A stretch of DNA of 64,000 nucleotides from a virus. This document shows, one piece after another, positions 9,757 to 19,291 of this stretch (within the stretch, counting starts at the first letter, position 1; every line of letters begins with the position of its first letter). A program made the position numbers and the translations under genes. Under the pieces are notes generated by a model, which saw only the letters and a program-made list of their open reading frames with translations, searched no databases and had not been told where the DNA came from. The DNA is taken from the IMG/VR virus record IMGVR_UViG_3300035698_012504, positions 58,694 to 122,693 of that record. One strand, written 5' to 3'.

Positions 9757-10395
9757 ATGATTAATTTCACTTGTCATAATTGTGGACATTATCTTAATAT
9801 TCCAGATCAATATGCTAATACGACTGGAAAATGTAGACACTGCAATCATGAAATTGAAGTACCTGATCTTACATGGACTGCTAAATTTGATGTATTTAGG
9901 AAGAATATAGGTAGAATAGGATGTGGAGGATTGATTTTAATATTTAGTATTTTTGTAACGACATGTATAATGGTTGATGTTAATAATACATCTCAAATAG
10001 GACAACCACCAACATCCACTACACCAGCACCAATACCAGCAGAATTACCTAAAAAAATAGTCAAGCCACCATCAATGATAGATGACATGTCATCTAAACC
10101 AAAACATACTAAATCGGTTACACCACAGTACGAACCATCTAAAAGAAATAACTCATCATTCAATCCACAATCATATGTCAATAAACTTAAAAAAGGAATG
10201 ACATATAATCAAGTAGTAAGAATAATGGGTGTACATGGTAAGAAAGGTATGGAAATGAATTGGGGGGATGGTGATATTCATCGTACAATGAACTGGGAGT
10301 GGACTGGGAATATGTTTAGAGGAGAAAGTAGCGGGTTTATAAGCATTCAATTCGTAAATGATCGAGTTGATGGTTGGACATTTTTTAGTTTATAG
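9757..10395 (+). CDS. membrane protein with N-terminal zinc ribbon
   Basis: CHNCGH...CRHCNH zinc ribbon, one TM helix, Pro/Thr linker, C-terminal globular domain. Confidence 0.4.
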   Translation: MINFTCHNCGHYLNIPDQYANTTGKCRHCNHEIEVPDLTWTAKFDVFRKNIGRIGCGGLILIFSIFVTTCIMVDVNNTSQIGQPPTSTTPAPIPAELPKKIVKPPSMIDDMSSKPKHTKSVTPQYEPSKRNNSSFNPQSYVNKLKKGMTYNQVVRIMGVHGKKGMEMNWGDGDIHRTMNWEWTGNMFRGESSGFISIQFVNDRVDGWTFFSL

Positions 10396-10476
10396 CGATA
10401 CAAGGAGAAAGATGGGTAAGAACATAAGAGGAGGAATTGGTGTCAGTGGTAATATATTTTTTACAGCTGACACCCA

Positions 10477-10986
10477 TTGAATTTTTCGCATAAAAATATT
10501 ATAAAGTATTGTAATCGTCCATTTAAATCCAAAGAAGAGATGGATGAAACTATGGTAAAGAATTGGAACAGTGTTGTATCATCTGGAGATACTGTATATC
10601 ATCTTGGAGATTTTAGCTTTTATAATTCTACAATTAAAACAAATCAAATGCTTCTTAGGTTAAATGGTAAAATTATATTTTGTCAAGGAAATCACGATAA
10701 AGATATTAATCAAATATTTCCAAGATTGCCTCAGATAATTATTTTAAGACATGAAGGTAGAAGGTTAATACTATGTCATTATGCTATGAGAGTATGGGAT
10801 AATTCTCATCGTAACAGTTGGCATCTATATGGACACAGTCATGGTACTCTTCCATCCATTGGAAAGAGTCATGACGTTGGAGTTGATAGTAATAAGTTTA
10901 CACCTATTAGTTTTGATCAACTAAAAGATATTATGAGTAAGAAACCCGATAATGGGAATTGTCTACCCGACTTTAAGGGAAAATGA
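10477..10986 (+). CDS. metallophosphoesterase; N-terminus lies in another frame (10412-10480)
   Basis: HKNIIKYCNRPF, HLGDFSF and GNHD motifs. Upstream ORF MGKNIRGGIGVSGNIFFTADTH* supplies the missing FTADTH metal-binding motif in the -1 frame. Confidence 0.55.
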   Translation: MNFSHKNIIKYCNRPFKSKEEMDETMVKNWNSVVSSGDTVYHLGDFSFYNSTIKTNQMLLRLNGKIIFCQGNHDKDINQIFPRLPQIIILRHEGRRLILCHYAMRVWDNSHRNSWHLYGHSHGTLPSIGKSHDVGVDSNKFTPISFDQLKDIMSKKPDNGNCLPDFKGK

Positions 10987-10994
10987 AACAAAAA

Positions 10995-11026
10995 AAGAAA
11001 TGTGTTGTGAGCACATTTCTTTTTGT
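10995..11026 (+). terminator. rho-independent terminator-like hairpin
   Basis: GAAATGTG-TTGTGAG-CACATTTC followed by TTTTTG. Confidence 0.55.
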
Positions 11027-11062
11027 ATCAGCTAGATAAGACTGTTAATAACTTCTTGCGCA

Positions 11063-11656
11063 ATGTATTGTGCCTCAAATTATTCTAGGCATTATGAATC
11101 ATGTATGACTCATACATGTTTAGAGTGTAATAAAATATTAAGTGGGAAGAAAAAATTCTGCAATAGTAGTTGTTCAGCTTTATATAATAATAGAACATCA
11201 GAAAAATTAAAAAATTGTAAAAGAGGGCCCCATTTAAAAAATTCAATTGAATATGTATGTATAGAATGTAAAAATATTATTAAAAATAGGGGTAAAAAAT
11301 ACTGTTCTCAAGAATGCTGTAGAGAACATCAATATAAAATAAGAATCAAAAATTGGAAAAGCGAATTAATTCCTGGATATACCGGAAAAGATTATACACT
11401 ATTAAAATTTATTAGAAGGTATATGTTTGAGAAATATGATAATAAATGTAGTAGATGTGGATGGAGTGAAATAAATTCAACATCTGGAAATATTCCATTA
11501 TCAATACATCATATAGATGGGGATGCTAGAAACTCTAAAGAACATAATTTAGATTTATTGTGTCCAAATTGCCATTCTTTAACTGAGAATTATGGATCTC
11601 TAAACAAAGATTCAGTAAGAATTCGTAATAAAGAATTTAATAAAAAGAGATGGTAA
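11063..11656 (+). CDS. HNH homing endonuclease, paralog of 8973
   Basis: CNSSCSALYNN and LKNCKRGP motifs; HNH box HHIDGDARN...CPNCHSLTENYG. Confidence 0.8.
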   Translation: MYCASNYSRHYESCMTHTCLECNKILSGKKKFCNSSCSALYNNRTSEKLKNCKRGPHLKNSIEYVCIECKNIIKNRGKKYCSQECCREHQYKIRIKNWKSELIPGYTGKDYTLLKFIRRYMFEKYDNKCSRCGWSEINSTSGNIPLSIHHIDGDARNSKEHNLDLLCPNCHSLTENYGSLNKDSVRIRNKEFNKKRW

Positions 11657-11675
11657 TTATATGAAAGGAGATTAA

Positions 11676-12110
11676 ATGAGAAGAATACTATTTTTTCAGA
11701 AGCCGAACAATCTTAAAATAGAAATACTAGATTTCTTAAAAGAAAACGATTATAAAACATTTCAAGAAGTTTTATTTCGTTGTTGCGATATTAATGATAT
11801 TTCTCCTGCTGAGAGAAGTAATGCTGAAGGAAACAGCTGGATCCTTCCTATGTTTGTAAAAATATTCGATCTCTTTGAATTTTATGAAGATGATTATCCT
11901 CAATCGTTTTTGAACCAGTGCATACTGTCAGTAGAATTTCCAGAAGAATCAGTTAGTTTATTATTTGAAATAATCAATACTAATAAAAAACAAGAATTAG
12001 ATTTAAGGATTGAAGCGTTGGGGGTATACGTTGAATCAAAAATATGGGATGACTGGATAGTAGTTCTAAAGGATAAGGAAAAAGAGGATGGTAATATCGG
12101 CCCCGGCTAA
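11676..12110 (+). CDS. hypothetical protein
   Basis: ORF. Confidence 0.4.
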   Translation: MRRILFFQKPNNLKIEILDFLKENDYKTFQEVLFRCCDINDISPAERSNAEGNSWILPMFVKIFDLFEFYEDDYPQSFLNQCILSVEFPEESVSLLFEIINTNKKQELDLRIEALGVYVESKIWDDWIVVLKDKEKEDGNIGPG

Positions 12111-12738
12111 AATAGAATATCTTGATGAATTTAATGCATGTAATGGGGATAAATATTTAGAACATATACTAGAAATGAAAGACCCTTCTGAATTTATAGA
12201 TCATAGATGGAGGCTTATAGAAAAATATTCATTCGCGGTACCGAACTTGGCAGCGCTAGGATGCATTGCGAAATATGGACCAATAATAGAAATTGGAGCG
12301 GGCCGAGGATATTGGGCAATGCTTCTAAAAGAAATGGGGGTAGATATTATAGCAGTTGATAAAAAAATTACAAGAAAAAATTATGCATCATTTAGAGAAG
12401 GTAAATCTGGCAGAACTGGACAACCAGTAGAAGTTATAGAATTTACAGAGATAGAAGATGGTCATGAAAATACAATATTAGATTATCCTGATAGAAATCT
12501 ATTGCTTTGTTGGCCACCATACGCAGAACCAATGGCCTTAAATTGTATTAGACTATTGAGAAGTGAATACCTAATATATGTTGGTGAAGGATGGGGTGGG
12601 TGTACTGGTTGTGATGACTTTGGAGAATTGATAAATAACGAAAATTATTTTGAGCTTGTAGATGAAGTAAATATACCACAATGGGAAGGAATTCATGACT
12701 ACTTATATGTGTATCGAAACAAAATGAAAAGGCAGTAA
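12088..12738 (+). CDS. possible SAM-dependent methyltransferase
   Basis: IIEIGAGRGYWAML followed by IIAVD resembles MTase motif I plus the post-I acidic residue; weak. Confidence 0.3.
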   Translation: MVISAPAKIEYLDEFNACNGDKYLEHILEMKDPSEFIDHRWRLIEKYSFAVPNLAALGCIAKYGPIIEIGAGRGYWAMLLKEMGVDIIAVDKKITRKNYASFREGKSGRTGQPVEVIEFTEIEDGHENTILDYPDRNLLLCWPPYAEPMALNCIRLLRSEYLIYVGEGWGGCTGCDDFGELINNENYFELVDEVNIPQWEGIHDYLYVYRNKMKRQ

Positions 12739-12741
12739 CAT

Positions 12742-13284
12742 ATGACAGAGAAAAGTAGACTGGATCAATATGGAGTTTTTCAATTATTTGGAGATATAGA
12801 TGTTGAATTGGCAACCAATTTAACAGAATTTATATTGTTTCATAATTTAGAGGATAATGGATTAGAACACCTGACATTAATGATTCATAGTTCTGGTGGA
12901 GATATGTATGCAGGATTTAGTATAGTAGACGCAATGAACTCTTCAAAATTACCTATACATGTAGTTGGGTTAGGAGTGGTTGCATCCGCAGCTTTAATGA
13001 TATTTATGAATGGGGAAAAAGGAAAAAGAACTTTTACTCCGAATACATCAATTATGAGCCACCAGTACACTTCCGGTATGAAAGGAAAGGCACATGAATT
13101 AATAAGTATTAAAGATCATTTTGAGTTCTTAACTGAACGAATAGAGGCACACTATGTAAAGTGTACAGGACTTCCATTGGCAATAATAAGACGAGATTTG
13201 CTAGGGACTACTGATAAATGGCTAACTGCAGAGGATGCCCTTAAACTAGGAATGTGTGACGATCTAAAACAAACGGATATGTAA
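12742..13284 (+). CDS. ClpP-family serine protease
   Basis: IHSSGGDMYAGFSIVDAM; GLGVVASAALMIF (catalytic Ser); PNTSIMSHQ (His). Confidence 0.7.
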   Translation: MTEKSRLDQYGVFQLFGDIDVELATNLTEFILFHNLEDNGLEHLTLMIHSSGGDMYAGFSIVDAMNSSKLPIHVVGLGVVASAALMIFMNGEKGKRTFTPNTSIMSHQYTSGMKGKAHELISIKDHFEFLTERIEAHYVKCTGLPLAIIRRDLLGTTDKWLTAEDALKLGMCDDLKQTDM

Positions 13285-13285
13285 C

Positions 13286-13840
13286 ATGAATGTTTACCCG
13301 GTATCTCGCAACCCATCAGTTTGTGCAAAAGTACTAGACGATAAATTATTAGCTCTATCGATTAAAGATATTACTAATGTATTATCAAACTGTTTGAATA
13401 TGTCAGGTATTAGTATGCCGATAAAAACATCTGAGACAGGTCATACATTTTTAAACTGGACAGCGAAATCATATGATAATTATAAATGGACCTTATCGCT
13501 TCTTATATGTCTTATAAGAGAGTTTAAGTATAGATTTCCAGATGAGTTATGCCCACAAGAAAGCAAGTTAGAATATTTTAATAAGATAGGAGTTTCTATG
13601 TGGGAAGGGTTAATCAAGCAACAATTTTATGATTGGTATTATGATTCTGTGTATCATAACACTAATAGATTACCAAACTTCAGATATAAATATAACAAAG
13701 ATGTATATAAGGCGAACTGGGAATGTTTGCTTCATAAATGGAAGAGATGTATCCCACCACCAACATGGGGAGGGAAAGAAATAGAAGAAAGGAAAAGAAC
13801 ATATGGGAACCTCACCACGTCGCCCTCCAGTACACCTTAG
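13286..13840 (+). CDS. hypothetical protein
   Basis: ORF. Confidence 0.4.
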   Translation: MNVYPVSRNPSVCAKVLDDKLLALSIKDITNVLSNCLNMSGISMPIKTSETGHTFLNWTAKSYDNYKWTLSLLICLIREFKYRFPDELCPQESKLEYFNKIGVSMWEGLIKQQFYDWYYDSVYHNTNRLPNFRYKYNKDVYKANWECLLHKWKRCIPPPTWGGKEIEERKRTYGNLTTSPSSTP

Positions 13841-13908
13841 CGAATTACCAAATGGTCAAGGACGGGAAGATGCAACAGTAAGAGGATCCAGGATTACAAA
13901 ATTACATC

Positions 13909-14250
13909 GTGAGACATAGTGAAGCTAATGAAACATGTGAAGAGTTTATGAGAAGAACTGATCCTGATTTTGCTGAACGTTCACGAATATTTGACGCACA
14001 GGAGCGGGCGCAGGCCGCACTAATTAAACCTACTCCTAACCCCTTATTAGGGGATGTTGAAGAAATTATCAACGCCAAGCCACGACATAGAAGGCTTACA
14101 GGAAAAGAAATGAGACGCATGGATAAACATCGCGAGCATATTGATGAACAAGCCATAACCAATGGGAAAAATATAATATTATTCGTAATATTTGTGGGGT
14201 GGACTGTTTTCTTGTTTGGCATAGGAGTATTAATTGGATTAGCAATATAA
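13909..14250 (+). CDS. hypothetical protein with C-terminal TM helix (local GC-rich patch)
   Basis: + strand ORF preferred over the overlapping minus-strand ORF; hydrophobic C-terminus. Confidence 0.35.
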   Translation: MRHSEANETCEEFMRRTDPDFAERSRIFDAQERAQAALIKPTPNPLLGDVEEIINAKPRHRRLTGKEMRRMDKHREHIDEQAITNGKNIILFVIFVGWTVFLFGIGVLIGLAI

Positions 14251-14293
14251 CATTTATTAATAGGTTTTTTATCTAACCCAGGAGGATAGAATT

Positions 14294-14803
14294 ATGCCTA
14301 AGTCTAAGTTACCTAAACGATTAATGAGACGGTTATTGCGGCAACAGGCAATACAACATAATTTATATGTTAAACGGTGTATACACCGAACTGGCCCTCA
14401 AAAAGGGGATATGTATTTTGGTTTTGGTAGGGAGAATACAGAAGTAATTCATATAAATAGATATTTTGGAGACGAAAAATTATTTGATGAAAGCGAACTA
14501 TTCGTGTGTTATTTAATTGATGATATGATACGACTACACTCCAGAGATGAGATAAGAATGTTAGCAAACAATATAAGGAAGTGTTCATGTTATATGTGTA
14601 AAAGTAATAGACGAAGTTACAGAGGGTCACAAAGAGCAAGTTTAACATTACAAGAAGTTTCAAATGCAGAAAAATTCGAAACTGGAATTTTAGACGTAGA
14701 AACCGATCCAGAATTTGATGGTATAGATATAATCAATTGTCAAAAGATTTGTAGAACCCGTATAGCAAGAAGCGTTCCCAAGGAGGTTTATCATGGCGGT
14801 TAA
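14294..14803 (+). CDS. hypothetical protein
   Basis: ORF with a GGAGG RBS. Confidence 0.45.
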   Translation: MPKSKLPKRLMRRLLRQQAIQHNLYVKRCIHRTGPQKGDMYFGFGRENTEVIHINRYFGDEKLFDESELFVCYLIDDMIRLHSRDEIRMLANNIRKCSCYMCKSNRRSYRGSQRASLTLQEVSNAEKFETGILDVETDPEFDGIDIINCQKICRTRIARSVPKEVYHGG

Positions 14804-15314
14804 AATGGCGAAACAGGATTCACTCACAGTTTGTATGGACAAACATGTATCGGATGAACGTATTCCTTTTCCAGTAGAAATGATTGATAATATTGTAAAT
14901 TATGGGTTAGGTCACATTGATTCATTGGTTCATGGAGACAGAGGCTTGGCTCTTCCCAATGATCACGAAAGAGATATTTATTGGAGGATAATGGATGAAA
15001 TGAAAACACTATTGATGGCAATGATGTTGGAAATACAAGATATGCATATTGACATAAAAATAAATCAAAGAACTATCGGATGGCATGGTCCAATGAGTAG
15101 GCGAGCCGACATATTCAAAAAAGAATATAGAATTTATCATGTCATTTACTCCCTTCTATTGGGTACACCCCTTACCAATATCGAACAAGAGGTGCGTGTA
15201 GGAAATGAGATCGACCTTCACAAAGTAAAAAAGATAATGAAACTGATCGTCAAGCATTGCATATTATCCGGAAAACTTGAAGACTCAGTATGGGATTCGG
15301 CCTTAACCTTCTAG
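14793..15314 (+). CDS. hypothetical protein
   Basis: ORF. Confidence 0.4.
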   Translation: MAVKMAKQDSLTVCMDKHVSDERIPFPVEMIDNIVNYGLGHIDSLVHGDRGLALPNDHERDIYWRIMDEMKTLLMAMMLEIQDMHIDIKINQRTIGWHGPMSRRADIFKKEYRIYHVIYSLLLGTPLTNIEQEVRVGNEIDLHKVKKIMKLIVKHCILSGKLEDSVWDSALTF

Positions 15315-15323
15315 GAGAAGTTA

Positions 15324-15896
15324 ATGAATCTAAGTGAATTAATAAAAAACGTAGAATTTACAGCTGTTTTGAAAATAATAATAGATGATGTGTTAGCAGA
15401 GTATGACCCCCGTTGTGATGATGGATATCAATTAGCTTTTAATGAAATTAAAGAAATTTTACCATCATCTGAAAAAACAAATAATATATTATGTGTTGGT
15501 GCGAATATACCAACTGAGCATGATAAAGATGATTATATGTATTATGTATGGGGTCGAGTAGAAGGAGACACTGAAACATATGCCATGGAATTTACTATGT
15601 GGGATGAATTATTGGCAATGGAAATAGATGAAGATACATTAGACTCATATTCAAACGAAGAAGTTGCTGCTGCTATTTTATATGAAATGACATTCTTTGG
15701 ATACACTAGAGAGCATATGGAAAGGACAGTGAAAGAAAAAATTGAACAACTTGAAGCTGCAATGGCTGCACCGGCAGAGGATTTCCTAACTCTAGAGGAA
15801 GTCTTAGGCGACCTCAAGCAGTTCAAAGAGGAGTTTGATAGCCATGTGGGAAAAGAGGAAAATAAGGAAATCGTACCGACTGAGTCACTCGAATGA
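15324..15896 (+). CDS. hypothetical acidic protein
   Basis: ORF. Confidence 0.4.
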   Translation: MNLSELIKNVEFTAVLKIIIDDVLAEYDPRCDDGYQLAFNEIKEILPSSEKTNNILCVGANIPTEHDKDDYMYYVWGRVEGDTETYAMEFTMWDELLAMEIDEDTLDSYSNEEVAAAILYEMTFFGYTREHMERTVKEKIEQLEAAMAAPAEDFLTLEEVLGDLKQFKEEFDSHVGKEENKEIVPTESLE

Positions 15897-16029
15897 TGTA
15901 ACATGGAAAGATTGGTATGCTTGGTATCCTATTAAGGTAGATGGACACTGGGCATGGTTTAAAGTAATTCAGAAAAAATATGAATATCATATACGCGATT
16001 CACATTGGGTTTATAGGAGGAAAGATTGA
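15835..16029 (+). CDS. hypothetical small Trp-rich protein
   Basis: ORF overlapping the upstream gene by about 60 nt. Confidence 0.3.
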   Translation: MIAMWEKRKIRKSYRLSHSNDVTWKDWYAWYPIKVDGHWAWFKVIQKKYEYHIRDSHWVYRRKD

Positions 16030-16238
16030 ATCTTGTTTTAAGAGTATCTAAAAAAATGAATTGGAATTCTCTTGCGAAATTATTAAACGATCATGATATT
16101 GAAATAGAACAGCCACCAATATTTGATTCAATTAGTAAAAATACATACTTTTATGTAACCGGAAATACATCAAAGATATTTCAATTATCGGAAGAAACAG
16201 ATGGGATTTATGTAGAAGGAGTTGATACTGGTGGATAA
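16026..16238 (+). CDS. hypothetical protein
   Basis: ORF. Confidence 0.3.
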   Translation: MNLVLRVSKKMNWNSLAKLLNDHDIEIEQPPIFDSISKNTYFYVTGNTSKIFQLSEETDGIYVEGVDTGG

Positions 16239-16602
16239 ATTTGAGTTCACAAAGGATGACTATTATATACGACTTCGAGAAAGAAGATTAATTGGATTTG
16301 ATAACTTTATAGATAGAACTGCGGTTATTATGGAAGAAGACGCAGCAAAAATATTTTATCTATTTTCCGATGGTCGCTTTTTCTATTATGAGTTATATAG
16401 CTGGGATGACATATATTGGGAAATTGAATTACCTATAGATGTAGCATTAAAACACAATATAGTATCCAAACAAGAATATGACGCATATGCTGATTATATA
16501 GTACATGAAAAAAAGATCAAACAACTAAGACGAAATTCTGAAGTAATACAAGATATGAAACATAGAGTAAGGGATTTAGTAATTAGAACGGAATCTATAT
16601 AA
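16222..16602 (+). CDS. hypothetical protein
   Basis: ORF. Confidence 0.4.
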   Translation: MILVDKFEFTKDDYYIRLRERRLIGFDNFIDRTAVIMEEDAAKIFYLFSDGRFFYYELYSWDDIYWEIELPIDVALKHNIVSKQEYDAYADYIVHEKKIKQLRRNSEVIQDMKHRVRDLVIRTESI

Positions 16603-17291
16603 TGATTAACATAGACAAATATCCTAGGACGTTGAGGCTACCATTTTCTCCTGGAAATCCAAATAGGAAACTAGTATCATCTGCTCCATTTATTGGAAGA
16701 AAAATAATAATTACAGAAAAGATGGATGGATCTAATACAGGGATAGTGGACTGCGAAGTGTATGCTAGATCTCGCGGTGGAAAAGCAACTCATCCATCAT
16801 TCAACATAGTAAAAAATTGGGCTGGTAAAACATTTGGATGTGAAGGAGATTATAGTAATTTATGGTTTTACTTTGAAAATATGTATGCAATTCATAGTAT
16901 AGAATATACGTCTTTACCTCACTTCTTATTCTTGTTATCTGTAGTAGAAAATAATGTATTTTTAAGCTGGGATGTAATATCCAATTATGCTACAATGTTG
17001 AATGTTCCTACTCCTCCGGTATTATATGAGGGATTCGTAAAAGATGAGAACCAATTAAAGGGACTTATATTAGAACAGATGAAATACCCTTCTATGTTCG
17101 GAGGACCGAAAGAAGGAGTAGTTGTGAGGTCTTATTCAGCATTTCCATTCTCAGAATTTCAATTGAATATTGGAAAGTTCGTCAGAGAAAATCATGTACA
17201 AACTGATATTCATTGGTCAAAAAAATGGAAACCTACAAACATAGCAAAGAAGGAGAAGAAAGTTGTCATTGACACAACAGGAAGCATTTAG
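16602..17291 (+). CDS. RNA ligase-like nucleotidyltransferase
   Basis: Motif I ITEKMDGSN (KxDG), motif IV EGVVVRS, motif V IGKFVRENH. Confidence 0.55.
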   Translation: MINIDKYPRTLRLPFSPGNPNRKLVSSAPFIGRKIIITEKMDGSNTGIVDCEVYARSRGGKATHPSFNIVKNWAGKTFGCEGDYSNLWFYFENMYAIHSIEYTSLPHFLFLLSVVENNVFLSWDVISNYATMLNVPTPPVLYEGFVKDENQLKGLILEQMKYPSMFGGPKEGVVVRSYSAFPFSEFQLNIGKFVRENHVQTDIHWSKKWKPTNIAKKEKKVVIDTTGSI

Positions 17292-17574
17292 GCTTTTTCA
17301 AGATGTAATAGATAATTCAATTAAACGATTTCTAATAACTCTCACAGATATTAATGGAAAAATAGTAGTAATAAATATTTTACATATTGAGAACATAGTA
17401 GACAATGGCATGGATAAAGGTAGACCCACATGTAAGGTATTTTTACCAAAAGGAAAATATTTCACAATTCCTCAAACAGCTGAGAACCTAGTCAAATATT
17501 TTGCACATGGTGCAGAAGCATTTGCTCCTATAGCAGATGAAGATAAGAAAGAAGAAGTCTTAGTTACAACTTAG
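17263..17574 (+). CDS. hypothetical protein
   Basis: ORF. Confidence 0.35.
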   Translation: MSLTQQEAFRLFQDVIDNSIKRFLITLTDINGKIVVINILHIENIVDNGMDKGRPTCKVFLPKGKYFTIPQTAENLVKYFAHGAEAFAPIADEDKKEEVLVTT

Positions 17575-17583
17575 GAAAATATT

Positions 17584-17769
17584 ATGAGAATAGAAAGAAA
17601 TGCTTTTGCTACTATATTTGTTGCAGAAACGCAAGGGGATGTTACACTACTAGAAACCTTCTGGCAGTTTACAAGAGAAGAAGATAAAAGTTATGATAAA
17701 ACTAAAAGAACTCCGCTTTTTAGAGAATCTGCGGATGATATAAATATACTTATAGATCATGGAATGTAA
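17584..17769 (+). CDS. hypothetical small protein
   Basis: ORF. Confidence 0.3.
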   Translation: MRIERNAFATIFVAETQGDVTLLETFWQFTREEDKSYDKTKRTPLFRESADDINILIDHGM

Positions 17770-18166
17770 ATTCAAGGATGAAAATTTAGAGATAGATTTT
17801 AGTATACCAAATCTAGTAGAATTAGCAGCTGTAGTCTTCTGGATAGATGAAGTAGCAGGGCAAAAGTTGTGTATGCAATCACACAATAATCCTTATGCTG
17901 ATTATAGTACGTATGAAGAAGCTAGAGAGATGTTTATGCGAATCGTAAACGAAGCTATTAAAGAACCTACAAGTCCTTGGTATAATTTTAAACATGTGGG
18001 AGATTGTACAAATATGGCGTGTACATGTGAGACCTGTTTAGTACTTGAATATCTTGAAAGGGCAACGCGGAAGTGGGGGCCTATATATCAAAAAGCTTCT
18101 ATAGGTGAAAAATTTGATCCCCGCGCAGAAGGGGTTATACGTAAACCTGATTTGAAATATTTATAA
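17759..18166 (+). CDS. hypothetical protein
   Basis: ORF. Confidence 0.4.
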   Translation: MECKFKDENLEIDFSIPNLVELAAVVFWIDEVAGQKLCMQSHNNPYADYSTYEEAREMFMRIVNEAIKEPTSPWYNFKHVGDCTNMACTCETCLVLEYLERATRKWGPIYQKASIGEKFDPRAEGVIRKPDLKYL

Positions 18167-18191
18167 TTAGGTCATTGAATGACCTCTATGT

Positions 18192-18275
18192 GGAGGAGTA
18201 GCGTAATTGGTAACGCACACGCCTGGAAAGCGTGCGACTTCGGTCTTGCAGGTTCGAGTCCTGCCTCCTCCGCCA
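18192..18275 (+). tRNA. tRNA-Ser (anticodon GGA)
   Basis: Acceptor GGAGGAG/CTCCTCC; anticodon stem CACGC/GCGTG with loop CTGGAAA; long variable arm; T-arm GCAGG-TTCGAGT-CCTGC; GCCA end. Confidence 0.75.
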
Positions 18276-18304
18276 TAACCCGCACACGAAAGGAAAGAAC
18301 CCTT

Positions 18305-18568
18305 ATGGGAAAAAAGATCTCGATTGAACTTGATGGCTTGCGCGCGTCTGAAGCATTTCTTTCAGGCATGTTGCTTACAGTATGTATAGCAGTTATAGTA
18401 CTTCTATTGGTGTTATTGATTTCAGAACCAATGGCATTTCTAGTAATAATTGGCGCAGGATTGAGTATAATTGCACCAGGAGTAATCTTATATTTATTTG
18501 TTCCAAGAAAATATTGGTTTCCAATTTGCGACACGAGTGAAGACAAGAAAGAACCTAGCGAGGAATAG
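18305..18568 (+). CDS. small membrane protein
   Basis: ATG after the tRNA with an aaaggaaag RBS; two TM helices. The track ORF 18179-18568 runs through the tRNA and is trimmed. Confidence 0.45.
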   Translation: MGKKISIELDGLRASEAFLSGMLLTVCIAVIVLLLVLLISEPMAFLVIIGAGLSIIAPGVILYLFVPRKYWFPICDTSEDKKEPSEE

Positions 18569-18570
18569 TA

Positions 18571-19068
18571 ATGCCTTTCTGGAAAAAGAAAGAGACCCCC
18601 TCTCCTACAAAACATACTACAGTAGAATCATCTTCACCGATTACTTTAAATCTTAGAATTATAATTCACCATAGTTTGATGCAACTTATAAAAGATACTA
18701 ATACTGTATGTGATTCTTTAGTAGTAGATAATGTAGAAGTATGTTTAATATCTGCTACTGATGGGGTTGCTACACTTAAACAAGATATAGGAAAAGAACC
18801 TCATGCTTGGGCAAGCTTTATAACATATCAGACAATGCTTCCACATCAGAGAAGAGCAGCTGTAGATAAGTCTAAACCACATACTAAAAATATAATAATA
18901 GTATCTGCAGATACATTGGAAGAATTGGTAAAAGTGGTAAATAGAGATGCTCTACTTGTTGAGGCTGTTGGAATAGACATCAAACGTGGCCCTAGAAATG
19001 CATCTCTTGCTCTAAGAAAAGAAACTAGAAATTGGATAGCGAGTATCAAGTTCGCGAAAGCATTCTAA
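18571..19068 (+). CDS. hypothetical protein
   Basis: ORF. Confidence 0.4.
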   Translation: MPFWKKKETPSPTKHTTVESSSPITLNLRIIIHHSLMQLIKDTNTVCDSLVVDNVEVCLISATDGVATLKQDIGKEPHAWASFITYQTMLPHQRRAAVDKSKPHTKNIIIVSADTLEELVKVVNRDALLVEAVGIDIKRGPRNASLALRKETRNWIASIKFAKAF

Positions 19069-19083
19069 TGAAGGAGAAAAAGA

Positions 19084-19263
19084 ATGAGTGGTAATTCCTA
19101 CTTCTGCGAATTATGTGGACAGGAATATTCTCCAAGTGAAGGGGATCCAGCAGAAGCTATAGCCCCCGGAACAGACTACCATGATCTCCCGTGTGATTGG
19201 GTGTGTCCTGAGTGTGGGGCAAGTAAAGAAAATTTCTCGTTATTTTCTGAATTCTATGATTAA
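19084..19263 (+). CDS. rubredoxin-like protein
   Basis: 59 aa, below the track cutoff. CELCGQEY...DWVCPECGA is a rubredoxin Cys4 site. GAAGGAG RBS. Confidence 0.6.
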   Translation: MSGNSYFCELCGQEYSPSEGDPAEAIAPGTDYHDLPCDWVCPECGASKENFSLFSEFYD

Positions 19264-19291
19264 ATCATAGGCCAAAGAAAAGGAGATCGCC

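Noticed and set aside
18172-18615. Minus-strand ORF 18172-18615 and the 5' part of plus-strand ORF 18179-18568 overlapping tRNA-Ser.
   Set aside because: Both read through a well-folded tRNA gene. Only the part downstream of the tRNA (18305-18568) has an RBS and membrane-protein character.
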